Virus record (IMG/VR): IMGVR_UViG_3300029121_000001
DNA from: a virus
Length of the DNA stretch: 64,000 nucleotides
Direction: 5' to 3' (one strand)
The notes below the pieces were generated by a model. The model did no database searches and was not told the DNA's origin. It saw nothing but the letters and a program-made list of their open reading frames with translations. Position numbers and translations under genes: made by a program. Below, piece by piece: positions 37,164-48,333 of this stretch; the first letter of the stretch is position 1, and each line of letters opens with the position of its first letter.

Positions 37164-38672
37164 TTATGACAAGAATCTTGTATCACTAAATTTAGAGAAT
37201 ATATGTTTTGCAGCGGCTTTATTAGCAGTATTTTTAATACCGCCCCAGAAATAATCACCCCAATCATTAAATGTATTTCCAATGATTTGTAGAGCAAGTT
37301 TAACCTGTCTAGTTGGTTCAAATTCATTTAGATCAACGCCAGCCATTGTAGCCAGGTAATCCATCTGAGCAGTATTGGTTAGCAGACCCATGCGCTTAGA
37401 AATTTGCATAGATCCATATAGATCTTTTAGGCTAAGTGTAACGTCTGCTACAGTAGGCATACCCATAGAATTCCAGTTACCAGATCCACCCTTGCTAATT
37501 GATAGACCAGTAATTATACCCATATCACAGCTAAAGATAGATTTATAAGTAGCTCTTACAATAAAGGGAGATTCATATGAGTTAGAACTATTACCGATCT
37601 GTCTAGGAGCTGCCATAGATATTAAGAGAATAATAGGCATGTATATATTAAGAAAAATACTAACAGGATCTGGATCGGGAGATCTTAGTTTGATATTAAT
37701 ATCATAAGATCTATCATATTCGGATTCAGACCAAATCTCAGGGAACACAATCTTACCACCAGTAATAATTGTAGTAAGTTCACCTGAAATTCTACTAATC
37801 ATACTCTTTCCAGCAAAAGCTTCACTTAATCCACCAATAGCATCAGTAACCGCTTGAGATACATCAGTTGTAGCTTGCTGAATATTTCCAGCTAGACCAC
37901 CAAAATCTTTAGATCCCATAATAAATTGAATTTCTCTAGCATTCTGAGAATATTGATTAACAGTTTGCGACAATGCAGATTCAGTAGTACTATTAGAAAA
38001 ACTTTCACTAATAGAATTTTCTGCATCTAGAAAGAACGGCACAGTAACTTGTGTACCAAAGAATTTAGAGAATCCACTATTTAAAAATCTTTCAATATCC
38101 ATCTTTCCTAGTCTAATATTTCCACCACCACCAGGAATAGGAATTTCAACTTTATCGATTCCCATATATAATGCAAGCGCTCTTAGAGAAGCATTTGCAT
38201 ATTTTTTATATTCAGGAAAATTCGATTCAAAAGAATAATATCTACCATCATCTAGTTCAGTTTCATCTTGATCTAGATCAAGCATACCTGCTAATTTAGC
38301 AGCAGTGGTTTGTCTAATACTCTTGTATTTATTATTTCCATAGTCAGCCATAAACTTAGGTTCACCAGGAGATAGAAATAGAATAGGCATAATAGAAAAA
38401 ATCTTACTATTATACTTTCTTCCAATATGAGTATCGACTCCATTCTCATGAATAGTAGGATCTACATCAGCAGAAAATTGATACGGCAAACCAAATATAC
38501 CAGAAATATTTGTAGCAAGATTGTGAAATCCAGGTTGAGATAGACCATGTTGAATGTCACTAATGAATTTATTTGTATTAGCTTCTTGATTAGCAGCATC
38601 ATCACTATTAGTATCTGATGCACTATTGTCATATTCAAGAACTGTTCCACCATATGCTGCAATAACTGCCAT
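37164..38672 (-). CDS. hypothetical protein, probably a tail/virion component (directly downstream of the giant protein)
   Basis: 502-aa ORF, AAGGAG RBS. Confidence 0.85.
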   Translation of the reverse strand: MAVIAAYGGTVLEYDNSASDTNSDDAANQEANTNKFISDIQHGLSQPGFHNLATNISGIFGLPYQFSADVDPTIHENGVDTHIGRKYNSKIFSIMPILFLSPGEPKFMADYGNNKYKSIRQTTAAKLAGMLDLDQDETELDDGRYYSFESNFPEYKKYANASLRALALYMGIDKVEIPIPGGGGNIRLGKMDIERFLNSGFSKFFGTQVTVPFFLDAENSISESFSNSTTESALSQTVNQYSQNAREIQFIMGSKDFGGLAGNIQQATTDVSQAVTDAIGGLSEAFAGKSMISRISGELTTIITGGKIVFPEIWSESEYDRSYDINIKLRSPDPDPVSIFLNIYMPIILLISMAAPRQIGNSSNSYESPFIVRATYKSIFSCDMGIITGLSISKGGSGNWNSMGMPTVADVTLSLKDLYGSMQISKRMGLLTNTAQMDYLATMAGVDLNEFEPTRQVKLALQIIGNTFNDWGDYFWGGIKNTANKAAAKHIFSKFSDTRFLS

Positions 38673-38708
38673 AATTGTTTCTCCTTTCTTATTAGAAAAT
38701 ATTAATAA

Positions 38709-38733
38709 GGAGTTGGGCCGTGAGACCCAACTC
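38709..38733 (-). terminator. hairpin after the 3164-aa gene
   Basis: ggagttgggcc/gacccaactcc. Confidence 0.55.
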
Positions 38734-38744
38734 CATTATTTTAA

Positions 38745-41700
38745 TTACGGTGTAGATGCAAGAGCTTCAACTTTTGCTTTCATATTTCTGAGTTGTTCCA
38801 TAATATTATTTTGAATATCTTGTGCAGAATTATTAATATCTCCAATACTAGACGCAGCACCACCAGCAGAAGATGCTAGTTGTGCAATAGATCCCATATT
38901 GTTAATAATGCCATTCAAAATACTTGCAATAGCAGGTAGAGAACTGTTATTATTAGTATTTTGAGTAATCTGTTCTAGATATTTAATAATAATATCAAGT
39001 TTTTCAACATCAGACAAACTAGAAGTATTAACTGTAGTTGCTACAGTATCAATATCAGAAGCAGAGCCTCTAGACAAAGCTTTCTTTCTAACTACAGTAG
39101 GAGTAGAAGAATGGTTAGGATTGGTGAAATCATGAGTAATAGGAATCTTAGTATTCTTAGTAGAAGAACCACTTCCAGATCTACGTGCAGCCACAGCAAT
39201 AGCTTCTTGATCAAGACGGTCAAGTGCACTACCAGTACCATGTAGAGCACTATATACCTCTTCAGCACCCTTCTTACGAACAGGATACCAAGTCTTATTA
39301 GTCTTAGCTTTTTCCATACCCAGACTAGGCATTTCATAATTTCCAAGTGCTGCAGCAGCTGCATCAGCAGGAGTTTTTGCACTCATTAGATTATTATATG
39401 CCTTAGTATACTTACCAGAATTTTTCAATTCATCATAAGCAAAATCAACCTGAGTATTTAGATCACCAACAGAAGTTCCCTTACTCTTAGCAAAAGCGAG
39501 TAGATTATGCTTACGATTACCGCTTCTAGGATTGCTATTGGCACCAGTCCACTGAGCCAAACCATATCCAACATCATCGTTAGCTTTATCAGGCCACTTA
39601 TTGTTAGAGTCTACATAATTAGTGTATTCTTTATCGCCGCCATACTTCTTTTCGAATTTGTTCTCAAGATTCATAGGATTGAAATTAGACTCGTTTTTCC
39701 AACAGCCCATAAGACCAGAAATACCAGTCTCACTCATTCCTTTACTCTTAAGACGTTTCCAGATAGCTTTAGCATTATCACTTGCATTTCCAGCATTAGG
39801 AGTAGCTACAGAATTATGGGAAGCATAGTATTCCTGAACAGCAGGATTATAAACAAATCCAAGGAATCTATACTTGGAATTTCCGCCCCAGTTTCCATCA
39901 CTACCCCTCTTACGAGATTTATACTTAAACTTGAAGGAGCTAAATCCAGATTCAGAATCCATAAGTTCATCACTGGAAATAACTTTCTCAACAACAGCAA
40001 CATGGCCAGCTCTACCAACAGTACTAGCCCAAACCATTATTGCACCTGCCTGAGGAGTAGAACCTGTTTGTAGACCAAATTTAGAAGCAAGAGCATACAT
40101 CTGTCCAGCATCTGCATGGAAGTCTCTATACCTCATGGTCTTTTCGCCCTTCATAATACTATAGATATGGTTAAAACGACCGCATGCCCAACCAACACAG
40201 TTAGAAAGAACTGAACAAGTAGGATCAGTAGGATTACCAAGTCTACAATTACTCTGTCCACCATGACTTTTAGTATTATAATAAGAGATGTAAGGATCAT
40301 TTGCCTTAGGCATTTCAGTACAGATCGGGAAAGGAGAATCTCCTGTGTATACATAGCCACCACCAGAAGAACTAGTGTCTCCATAGCTATATCCAGAAGA
40401 ATCGCCACTAGTAGAAGAGTTATTAAAGCCATTAAAAATAGTATTAACGATGGTACCAAATGTTCCACCAACTTTATTTGCTATTGCATTGAATCCTGCA
40501 CTAATACCGGTATTAATAATAGTAGATACATCCATACCACTATTACTAGTAGTAGAAGCTGTAGAACTATCAACATCAGAATCTCCACCTGCAACAACTC
40601 CAAGTTTAGTCTTCTGAAGAATACTCTTCTTATAGAGAGCAGTTCCCTTTAGTTCAGGATCATCAACAATAACATTTCCATTCTTATCCTTGCCTCTTGC
40701 CACAATGTAGTGAGGATTAGGTCCAAACGGACTATTGGTTTTAGATTTGTTTCCATCATCTTCACCAAGAAGAATAGTAGGTTTACCAGAAGAAATAGCA
40801 GAATTAATATCAGTCCTATTATCAGTATACTTAGTATCAATTCCATTTCTTCCAAGGATATCTCCAAAATAAGATGCATTAGTACCACGTTCAGATTTAG
40901 TGCTACCTGCAACATATCCCATCTTCTCAGCATATTTAGCAGTATCTGTAATATCAGTATTCTTGCCAAAAGCTTTCAAGACGGTAGATGCAACAGCAGG
41001 TCCACATCCATCTTGATCAATAGTGCTATTACCAAATTTAGTGAAGTTACCCTTTTGTGTTGTATGGATATCAGATCCAGATCCATTAAAGAAACTGAAA
41101 ATACCTTTCTTTTTCTTCTTAGAAGATTCGATCTTAGCTTTAGCGAGTTTAGCTTGATATGCCTTCTGGGAAGCACCAGATCCAGAGCCATACTTTGCAC
41201 CAGATGCTTCTTTGTTCAGATCAATATTAGATTTACTTGCAGATAGATTATCTTTTGTATCATCCTTACTAGTATCTTTATTCTTTCCTGTGAAGAAATT
41301 CTTGATATTAGTTACAGTTTTTCCAACAAAAGACTTAAACTTATCCTGAGTAGTACTCTTTCCAAGTACGTTATAAACATACTCTTCTACGTTATAAGTG
41401 TGGCCAGTTTCCTGGTTATAAGCTTCAACTGTTGCTTTAGCATCGGCTCTCTTATCAGCAAGAGTACGTGTTAGTCCCTTAAGAAAACGAGATAGAACAT
41501 TGAATACAATGTTAAAGATAGTAGTAGAACTAATAATGCCTCCAATACCAGGAATAGCGTAATTGATACCATTAACAGCAGCAGCTACACATCTTTCAGC
41601 AATAGTAGGCTTTTCAATAATTCCAAGGATACTCATAGCACGGGCATCTTCAAAACCATCTTCAACAGCTAGAGCAATCTGTCCTATATAAATAGCACCA

Positions 41701-44700
41701 GCAATCTTACTAAGAACACCAGTTACCTTAGATCCAGCCTTACCAATTGCTTGTGCAATCTGTTCAGCACAATCATCAATCCAACTAGTATCTTTACCTA
41801 GTTTCTTAGCTACGAAATTAAGTACAGCACGAACAGCACCCTTGCATTTATTTGCAATTTTTGCCATTATTTCAGCGTTCTTACTAACACCAACAGCAGC
41901 ATCAGGATCAATAACTTTAGTAGCAGCTTTATGTGTGAGTTTATCAACACCCTTTTTAAATACATCTCCTACTTTAGATGCACCCTTAAAAGGAGCAGCT
42001 ATTACTTTGCCAAAAGTAGTCTTACTAATAGCTGTTGCTGCTTTTCCAATACCAGGAATCTTACTAATAGAAGTTGCTAATTTTGCACCAGATAGAGCAG
42101 GATTATTACCAAAACTTAGTAGAGCATTTGTGGCAATTCTCTTCTTAAATCTATCAGAGAAGAAAGAAGATACATGATCATCTTGCTCATATGTAGTCAT
42201 CTTTTTGCCAGTAGCACTGATTTCAAAACGATCTACACCAAGTTTTGCTCGCTTCAGAATTTTTCCTATTCCTTTAACTTCCTTCTGGCGTTCAGTAGGA
42301 TCCATTCCTTTGCGCATTCCAGAATCTGCATCTGTTCCAGCAGCTTGTCCACCAAGATAGCTTAATCCTATAATGGTTGCAGCAGATCCTAAAATCGTAG
42401 GAAGATGTGCTATTATAGTTTTACCGAAAGTTCCTCCTAGGAAAGAAGTTATACCATCAAAAATCTTACCGAATAACCCAGAAGCTTTATCCTTAACAAA
42501 ATCAAGTATGGAAGATTTTTTCTCTCCATCTTCATCTGTTTTGCCAATACCGAAAATATCCTTGAATTTATCAAAGAAATTTCCTCCGACAAACATACCA
42601 AAGAATTTGTCCTTTAACTCAGAAGCTTTTCTCTTAGCTTTAATAGCAGCATTAGTAACAGCATCTGCAAGATTAGCAATCCATTCACCCTTAGTATTCC
42701 TTGTATACTGAATTGGATTGCCTTCATCATCAAGAACTGTCTTTGTATTGCCATCTCCACTACTAGCATTATCTCCTGTTGATTCTCCACCTTCCTGAAT
42801 AGGAGCAGAAGAATCACCTGTTACCTTTTTGGTAGGATCTTTAGCTCTATTATTACGGATAATCTCTCTGACTTTTCCTACTTCGATTCCTAGTTTCAAT
42901 GCAATACGCCAATCATTAACACCAGTATTATGAAGGCGCATAACCTCTTTAATAGTGTCTGTTGTAATGATCGTATTATTGCTATTGTTTTCTTTAGGCT
43001 TAGTATTTTCTCCAGCTACTTTTTCTGCTAACTTTTCATATTCTTTCTTAACCTCTTCTGCTTTCTTCTCCATTTCCGTAGAAGGCTTAGAAGAAGTAGT
43101 GTCCTCTTTATTTTCAGGAGGAACTACTCCTGCAGGAGTAGTAGAAGTTTCTTTAGCAGCATCAGCTATAGTAGCTTCTGTTGCAGTAGCAGGTTTCTGC
43201 TCTTTGCTTTCTGCTTCTTCAGTCTGCTTTTCTCCAGTAAGAGATTCAAGAATACCAGAAATCTTATCAGAAATAGTATCTAGAATGGTATTACGTTCAA
43301 TATCGAGTTTATCTACAGCCTCAGTAGTTGCTTCACCAGGTGTAACATTAGCTTTATTATTCAGAGCTTCTCTAGCAGCATCTTCTTTCTTATGAATACC
43401 AGCAGCATCCATACGAAGTTGCATACGAGTACGACGTAGCTCTTTCTTACTCATCTTGCTAATATCAAGACCACTTTCATTGAAGAATGTTTTCTTCTTT
43501 TCACCATAATCTTTAATATCAGCATCTATTTCGTTTAGTCTTTTAACCTCTGCTTCGATTTTTTCTGTCATCGATTTTTTAGTTGTTTCATCGAGGTTAG
43601 AATTTTCAATCTCTGCAATAACGTCGCTATAGTCATTATTATTTTTCTTATGATAATTCATAAGTTTAGTAATAGACTTAGCGAGTTTCTGGTCAGGACC
43701 GTTACCACCATGAGGAAGAGTTCCTACTAGAGTATCTCTTAGATTTTGACGAATCTGATGCTTTTCCTGCTTTAGAACAGTAGGACCATTAAGAGCAGCA
43801 TTTGCTGTCTTAATCATCTTATCACGTTCTTCTCCACTGTATTTAAGCTCCCAATCTGTCAATGCAGATTTTCTAACTTTTTTTCTTCCAGTGAAGAATT
43901 TATATCCAGAATTCTTTTCAATATCATCTCTCTCTTCTGCAGACAGAGAAGAATATCCTTTATTGATATTATGTCTTTTTAAAGCATCACCTGCGGCTCC
44001 CATAAGTTTAAAAGGAGCAGTGATAATAGCTTTGCCAACACCTAAAGCTTTTTTAGCAATCCATTTACCAGCCGTAGCTACAGGAGCAAATAGAGCATCA
44101 AATTTTTCACCAATAGTACGTCTTACAACATCCTTGGCACTGTCTACTATAGACATCATGATGCTCTTAGATTTACCCTTGACCCAATCAGTAAGAGGAT
44201 CAAACAGTCTCTTTATAGGACTAAAGAAATTCTTTTTCGCAAAGTTCTTAATTTTTTCAATACCGTTTTCAGTAAATTCTGCTAGAGGATCTATGACACG
44301 AGTTTGAATAGAACCAAGAATACCACCATGTCTTTCTCCGTTCAGTCCTTCTTTACCGAACATTGCAGATTTAAAAGTTTCAGTATCCTTAACAAGTTCA
44401 ATACCGGCACCAAGTACAAATCCACCCATGACACCACCAGGAGCAAGTCCAATGGTTCCAAGAATTGCACCAAGTGCACCAGCTTTACCCATATCAGGAA
44501 CTTTTTCTGTGATAAATTTCTTAGCTCCTTTAGGAAGAATTCCCTTCTTAATCAGATTCTCGTGATCATCATATTTTCCAAATAGAGCTTCTGATAGAGC
44601 CGTTGAATTGTTAACAATAACAGCACCAGATCCTAGAACAAGGCCACCAAGAAGTCCTAATCCAGACCCAGTTAATGCTGCACCTGCAAGTGCACCAAGA

Positions 44701-47700
44701 CTACCAGCTGCTGCTACCTTAGGAAGATCAACCTTAGCAGCTCTAACAATTTCATTTCCTGTTTTCTTTAGATCTTTGTAGATATCATCTCCACCAAGGA
44801 AATAATCCATGGCTTCTTTGAGTTTGCCCTTGCCATAATCAACACCGGATTTAATAGATTGACCAACAGGAGAATTGAGGAATTCACTAGAATAATGAGC
44901 AGTTTTTTCTTCTGCCCATTTAGCATATCCAGAAAGTACTTTTCCACAATCATTGATCTTTTCTTTTACTTTATTATTTTTTCTTGCATCACTGATATAT
45001 TCAACAATTTCAGGAGATACACCAACACCATCAGCAATATATTGAACAGATCTTCCACGGTTAAGTAAAGTGTTAATCTGTTTAGCTTGTTCTTCTGTAA
45101 TATCATTAGGTTTGGGTTCTTTTTCTTCAGGCTTATCTTCAACAGTGCCACCTTCAGCAAAACTACCAAAGAAGGTACCACTATTTCCACCAGCTTTTCT
45201 CCAAGCTTTATAATTTCTACGTTCAATAGCCTTACGCTGTTCATCAGTTAAAGCACCATGATACATAGGATTATACTTAGCAGGAATAATCAATTCACCT
45301 TCAGAAACAGAAACCATTCCAGATTTTCTGACCTGTCCACCTTTATAAGATCCTTCAGGTTTTGCATCATTATTAGGAATAGGAGGAGCTACTTTATCAG
45401 GATTCCATGCAGGAAGTTGAAACTTGGTAGATGCTACAGGAACGTCTACATATTCCTGTTTACCGTCTTTATTAGTTTTTAAAACTCTTGCTTTAAATTT
45501 ATGCTCTTCAAAAGGCTTTTCTTCTTTAGGTTTACCAATCTTAAAATGCTCTTTAATATATTTTAAAGTACCATCTACTTGTCTATCAGCATACTGTGCA
45601 GTACCTCTTACAAAGCTAGCGAGAATATCCTTATTGGCTTTAATATATTTTTCACCAAAATTGGTTTCTTGAAACTTCTTCCAAAGCTCATCTGCTTTTT
45701 TAGCAAATCGCTCAGGGAAATCATATATAGCATCACTAATACGAGAAGGAAGATTAAGCATATATCCAAAGAATCCGCCATCTTCATCTACTTGCTCTTT
45801 AAGTTTAGTGCCAAGATCACCAAACATAAAGTTTTCCATTAGATCATTAATCTGATCAATAATGAAAGATCCAACAGTAGATTCTTCTTTAGCCTTATTC
45901 TTTTTAAATAATAGGCTACCACGGCTCTCTGCCTTAGGCTTTTCATACTGCTTAGTTTCAGGATTATAAACGTCTCTACCTTCAGAATCTATAACAGTAA
46001 AACCTCTCTCCGTAACTTCTTCAGAAGTTACGGGTTTCTTTACTGTTTTATTAGCATAAATATTAATATTATCAGGAGCAGTATATTGATTTAGATCAAA
46101 TCCATATATAGATCTTGAAGGGTTAGCAGGGGCAGGCTGTGCAGAATTACCAGAACTTGAAAGTTGTGGCTGCCCACTAGATCTTCCATTTCTATGAAAT
46201 GCTTCAGTAATTCTACTAAACAATCCACCATTGTTAGGAGGATTAGTTGTATTCTTACCACCAACAATATTATCTTTAACTTTATCGAGATCAAATTGCA
46301 TGGCAGACTGGAAGTCTACCATCATTCTGATATTTTTATAGAAATCCTGAAGATAGAAGAATACATTATTTCCAAGATTATCTTTTACATTAAAGATATT
46401 ATTCTTATCAGAGTTTAGATTGTTAGTATACTTGTGAGTATTAGCAAGGCCAGATCCATTTGCAATATTGCTAAATGTACTATCAGATTCACTAATCTGA
46501 TCAACAAATTTAGCATTTGCAAGTTGTCCTTGATACACACCATTATACAGCTTTCCAACACCAGATTTTTTCTTAAAAATCAATCTATCAAGAGCTACAA
46601 TGCTCTTATAATTCATCGGATACTTAGATTGATCTCCAGAATTACCAATCCAGCCTTGAGCAACACAGAATTTTACAATATCTCCAGTCTTATGAAATCT
46701 ACCAGGTTCTACTCCCTTAAGAGTCAAGAAAGACATTAGTTTATCATAATCTTTGCTCAAGGATCTAACAGCTCTACTGTTTTCGGTATAACTAATATGG
46801 CCAGGAGTATTTCTATGAATTTCATTATCTTCAGAAATGAAATCATTGATCAATTCCCTCTTCATTCCTCTACTAGCATTACCAATAACTTCTTCTCTCT
46901 TCTTTTTAAAATCATTAACAGATCTACTAGCAGTAACAAATCTACCAGTTTCATAATTAAAGATTTTAGCTTCTTTACCAGAAAGAAGTGCTTCAATGTT
47001 AGCCAGATAAGTAGGAATAACTTCTCTCAAAGCTTTACTATCTTTACCTGTCCAATCTACTCGTCCCTTGTTGTAATTGCCAAAATCCATCTTAGGTTTA
47101 GTTTTAGGAGTAATATCCAAAAACTTAGCAATTGTAGCAAAGAATCCATCACCCTTTGCATATTCATGCATACGGCCAGCAATCTTCATCATACCATCTC
47201 TAAGAATAGAAACAGTTCTATCAAGCGCTTTACCAGTAGGACCATTCTGAATCTTAGAAGTAAGAGACATAGTAAGAGCAGTAGCAATAGGAGATGCTAG
47301 ACCACCACCCTTGATCAGCATATTGATCATATCAGGGCTTAGAACAGCTGCTAGAGAGTCTAGATCATATTCTTCCATAAATTTCTGAGTAGCAAACTTG
47401 CCCCATTCACCAAGGTCAGGAAGATCTCCTCCCATAACTTTTTCCCAAGGAGTTTGCTTTCTAGATCTAGCAGATTCAGTAGATTTAGGAGAAAATCTAT
47501 CAGTAAGCAAATTCTTAATATCTTCTAGATATTTAGTTTGTTTAGCCATTTCTTCACTAGTCTGCTTGAAGAAAGTATCAGCATTTAGTGCCAAACTATT
47601 AACAGGTTTAACAATATCAGTGTGAAGATTAAGAATAGAAGAATTGATGACAGACAGAGAATTATTCATCATACCGAATAGTCTCTGATTATTGAGCATC

Positions 47701-48239
47701 ATATTTCTGCTATTCTTAGTAGCATTACCAGCAATCTTTCCAGCAACTGCTTCAGAAGTAATTAACTGATGATACGACAATTGATTTCCTAGGCCATGAA
47801 TGGCTCCAGTAATCTCAGAAGACTCATTATCACTAGAAGATTCTTCTTCCTTATTATCATTATCATCGAAGTCAAAATCTTCATCATCAAAATCAAAGCC
47901 TGTCATACCCATTGATTCTGCAAAAGCACCAATGGCAGCATCTTCTCTTTCTGCATTATAGAACTTACCAGTCTTAAGGTCATCGAGAATATTTTTCTTG
48001 ACATCTTTCAAAGAGTCAAGGTTCTCTTCACCGACCATTTTACCAAGTTCATTTCTAACAGTACCTTTGAAATCTTTCACTGCATAATACATGTCTTTTG
48101 CAGCAGATACATTATCAGAAATGTAATTGGTTAATGTAGGATTGACACCTTTGGCAGTCTCAGTAGCAACATACTTAATGGATTTCAATACATTCTTGGC
48201 ATATGTATTGGGATCCACAAAGCCAAATCGATTAGCCAT
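38745..48239 (-). CDS. giant (3164 aa) tape-measure-like virion protein with C39-like peptidase, CHAP and phage-tail-lysozyme domains
   Basis: AAGGAGG RBS. Gly-rich membrane-like segments (GSLGALAGAALTGSGLGLLGG). DQDGCGPAVAST...PHYIVARG (about 40650-41030). NCVGWACGRF...GHVAVVEKV CHAP (about 39950-40270). GLMGCWKNESNFNP...GYGLAQWTG...QVDFAYDEL (about 39380-39760). Confidence 0.85.
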   Translation of the reverse strand: MANRFGFVDPNTYAKNVLKSIKYVATETAKGVNPTLTNYISDNVSAAKDMYYAVKDFKGTVRNELGKMVGEENLDSLKDVKKNILDDLKTGKFYNAEREDAAIGAFAESMGMTGFDFDDEDFDFDDNDNKEEESSSDNESSEITGAIHGLGNQLSYHQLITSEAVAGKIAGNATKNSRNMMLNNQRLFGMMNNSLSVINSSILNLHTDIVKPVNSLALNADTFFKQTSEEMAKQTKYLEDIKNLLTDRFSPKSTESARSRKQTPWEKVMGGDLPDLGEWGKFATQKFMEEYDLDSLAAVLSPDMINMLIKGGGLASPIATALTMSLTSKIQNGPTGKALDRTVSILRDGMMKIAGRMHEYAKGDGFFATIAKFLDITPKTKPKMDFGNYNKGRVDWTGKDSKALREVIPTYLANIEALLSGKEAKIFNYETGRFVTASRSVNDFKKKREEVIGNASRGMKRELINDFISEDNEIHRNTPGHISYTENSRAVRSLSKDYDKLMSFLTLKGVEPGRFHKTGDIVKFCVAQGWIGNSGDQSKYPMNYKSIVALDRLIFKKKSGVGKLYNGVYQGQLANAKFVDQISESDSTFSNIANGSGLANTHKYTNNLNSDKNNIFNVKDNLGNNVFFYLQDFYKNIRMMVDFQSAMQFDLDKVKDNIVGGKNTTNPPNNGGLFSRITEAFHRNGRSSGQPQLSSSGNSAQPAPANPSRSIYGFDLNQYTAPDNINIYANKTVKKPVTSEEVTERGFTVIDSEGRDVYNPETKQYEKPKAESRGSLLFKKNKAKEESTVGSFIIDQINDLMENFMFGDLGTKLKEQVDEDGGFFGYMLNLPSRISDAIYDFPERFAKKADELWKKFQETNFGEKYIKANKDILASFVRGTAQYADRQVDGTLKYIKEHFKIGKPKEEKPFEEHKFKARVLKTNKDGKQEYVDVPVASTKFQLPAWNPDKVAPPIPNNDAKPEGSYKGGQVRKSGMVSVSEGELIIPAKYNPMYHGALTDEQRKAIERRNYKAWRKAGGNSGTFFGSFAEGGTVEDKPEEKEPKPNDITEEQAKQINTLLNRGRSVQYIADGVGVSPEIVEYISDARKNNKVKEKINDCGKVLSGYAKWAEEKTAHYSSEFLNSPVGQSIKSGVDYGKGKLKEAMDYFLGGDDIYKDLKKTGNEIVRAAKVDLPKVAAAGSLGALAGAALTGSGLGLLGGLVLGSGAVIVNNSTALSEALFGKYDDHENLIKKGILPKGAKKFITEKVPDMGKAGALGAILGTIGLAPGGVMGGFVLGAGIELVKDTETFKSAMFGKEGLNGERHGGILGSIQTRVIDPLAEFTENGIEKIKNFAKKNFFSPIKRLFDPLTDWVKGKSKSIMMSIVDSAKDVVRRTIGEKFDALFAPVATAGKWIAKKALGVGKAIITAPFKLMGAAGDALKRHNINKGYSSLSAEERDDIEKNSGYKFFTGRKKVRKSALTDWELKYSGEERDKMIKTANAALNGPTVLKQEKHQIRQNLRDTLVGTLPHGGNGPDQKLAKSITKLMNYHKKNNNDYSDVIAEIENSNLDETTKKSMTEKIEAEVKRLNEIDADIKDYGEKKKTFFNESGLDISKMSKKELRRTRMQLRMDAAGIHKKEDAAREALNNKANVTPGEATTEAVDKLDIERNTILDTISDKISGILESLTGEKQTEEAESKEQKPATATEATIADAAKETSTTPAGVVPPENKEDTTSSKPSTEMEKKAEEVKKEYEKLAEKVAGENTKPKENNSNNTIITTDTIKEVMRLHNTGVNDWRIALKLGIEVGKVREIIRNNRAKDPTKKVTGDSSAPIQEGGESTGDNASSGDGNTKTVLDDEGNPIQYTRNTKGEWIANLADAVTNAAIKAKRKASELKDKFFGMFVGGNFFDKFKDIFGIGKTDEDGEKKSSILDFVKDKASGLFGKIFDGITSFLGGTFGKTIIAHLPTILGSAATIIGLSYLGGQAAGTDADSGMRKGMDPTERQKEVKGIGKILKRAKLGVDRFEISATGKKMTTYEQDDHVSSFFSDRFKKRIATNALLSFGNNPALSGAKLATSISKIPGIGKAATAISKTTFGKVIAAPFKGASKVGDVFKKGVDKLTHKAATKVIDPDAAVGVSKNAEIMAKIANKCKGAVRAVLNFVAKKLGKDTSWIDDCAEQIAQAIGKAGSKVTGVLSKIAGAIYIGQIALAVEDGFEDARAMSILGIIEKPTIAERCVAAAVNGINYAIPGIGGIISSTTIFNIVFNVLSRFLKGLTRTLADKRADAKATVEAYNQETGHTYNVEEYVYNVLGKSTTQDKFKSFVGKTVTNIKNFFTGKNKDTSKDDTKDNLSASKSNIDLNKEASGAKYGSGSGASQKAYQAKLAKAKIESSKKKKKGIFSFFNGSGSDIHTTQKGNFTKFGNSTIDQDGCGPAVASTVLKAFGKNTDITDTAKYAEKMGYVAGSTKSERGTNASYFGDILGRNGIDTKYTDNRTDINSAISSGKPTILLGEDDGNKSKTNSPFGPNPHYIVARGKDKNGNVIVDDPELKGTALYKKSILQKTKLGVVAGGDSDVDSSTASTTSNSGMDVSTIINTGISAGFNAIANKVGGTFGTIVNTIFNGFNNSSTSGDSSGYSYGDTSSSGGGYVYTGDSPFPICTEMPKANDPYISYYNTKSHGGQSNCRLGNPTDPTCSVLSNCVGWACGRFNHIYSIMKGEKTMRYRDFHADAGQMYALASKFGLQTGSTPQAGAIMVWASTVGRAGHVAVVEKVISSDELMDSESGFSSFKFKYKSRKRGSDGNWGGNSKYRFLGFVYNPAVQEYYASHNSVATPNAGNASDNAKAIWKRLKSKGMSETGISGLMGCWKNESNFNPMNLENKFEKKYGGDKEYTNYVDSNNKWPDKANDDVGYGLAQWTGANSNPRSGNRKHNLLAFAKSKGTSVGDLNTQVDFAYDELKNSGKYTKAYNNLMSAKTPADAAAAALGNYEMPSLGMEKAKTNKTWYPVRKKGAEEVYSALHGTGSALDRLDQEAIAVAARRSGSGSSTKNTKIPITHDFTNPNHSSTPTVVRKKALSRGSASDIDTVATTVNTSSLSDVEKLDIIIKYLEQITQNTNNNSSLPAIASILNGIINNMGSIAQLASSAGGAASSIGDINNSAQDIQNNIMEQLRNMKAKVEALASTP

Positions 48240-48298
48240 ATCTTACTCCTCCTTACATTAAAAGTATTATTCTAAAGTTCGATTTATACAAAAGAAGC

Positions 48299-48323
48299 GG
48301 GGAAGACTATTACAGCCTTCCCC
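48299..48323 (-). terminator. hairpin after 48334..48837
   Basis: GGGGAAG/CTTCCCC stem. Confidence 0.55.
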
Positions 48324-48333
48324 AATTCTTTAT

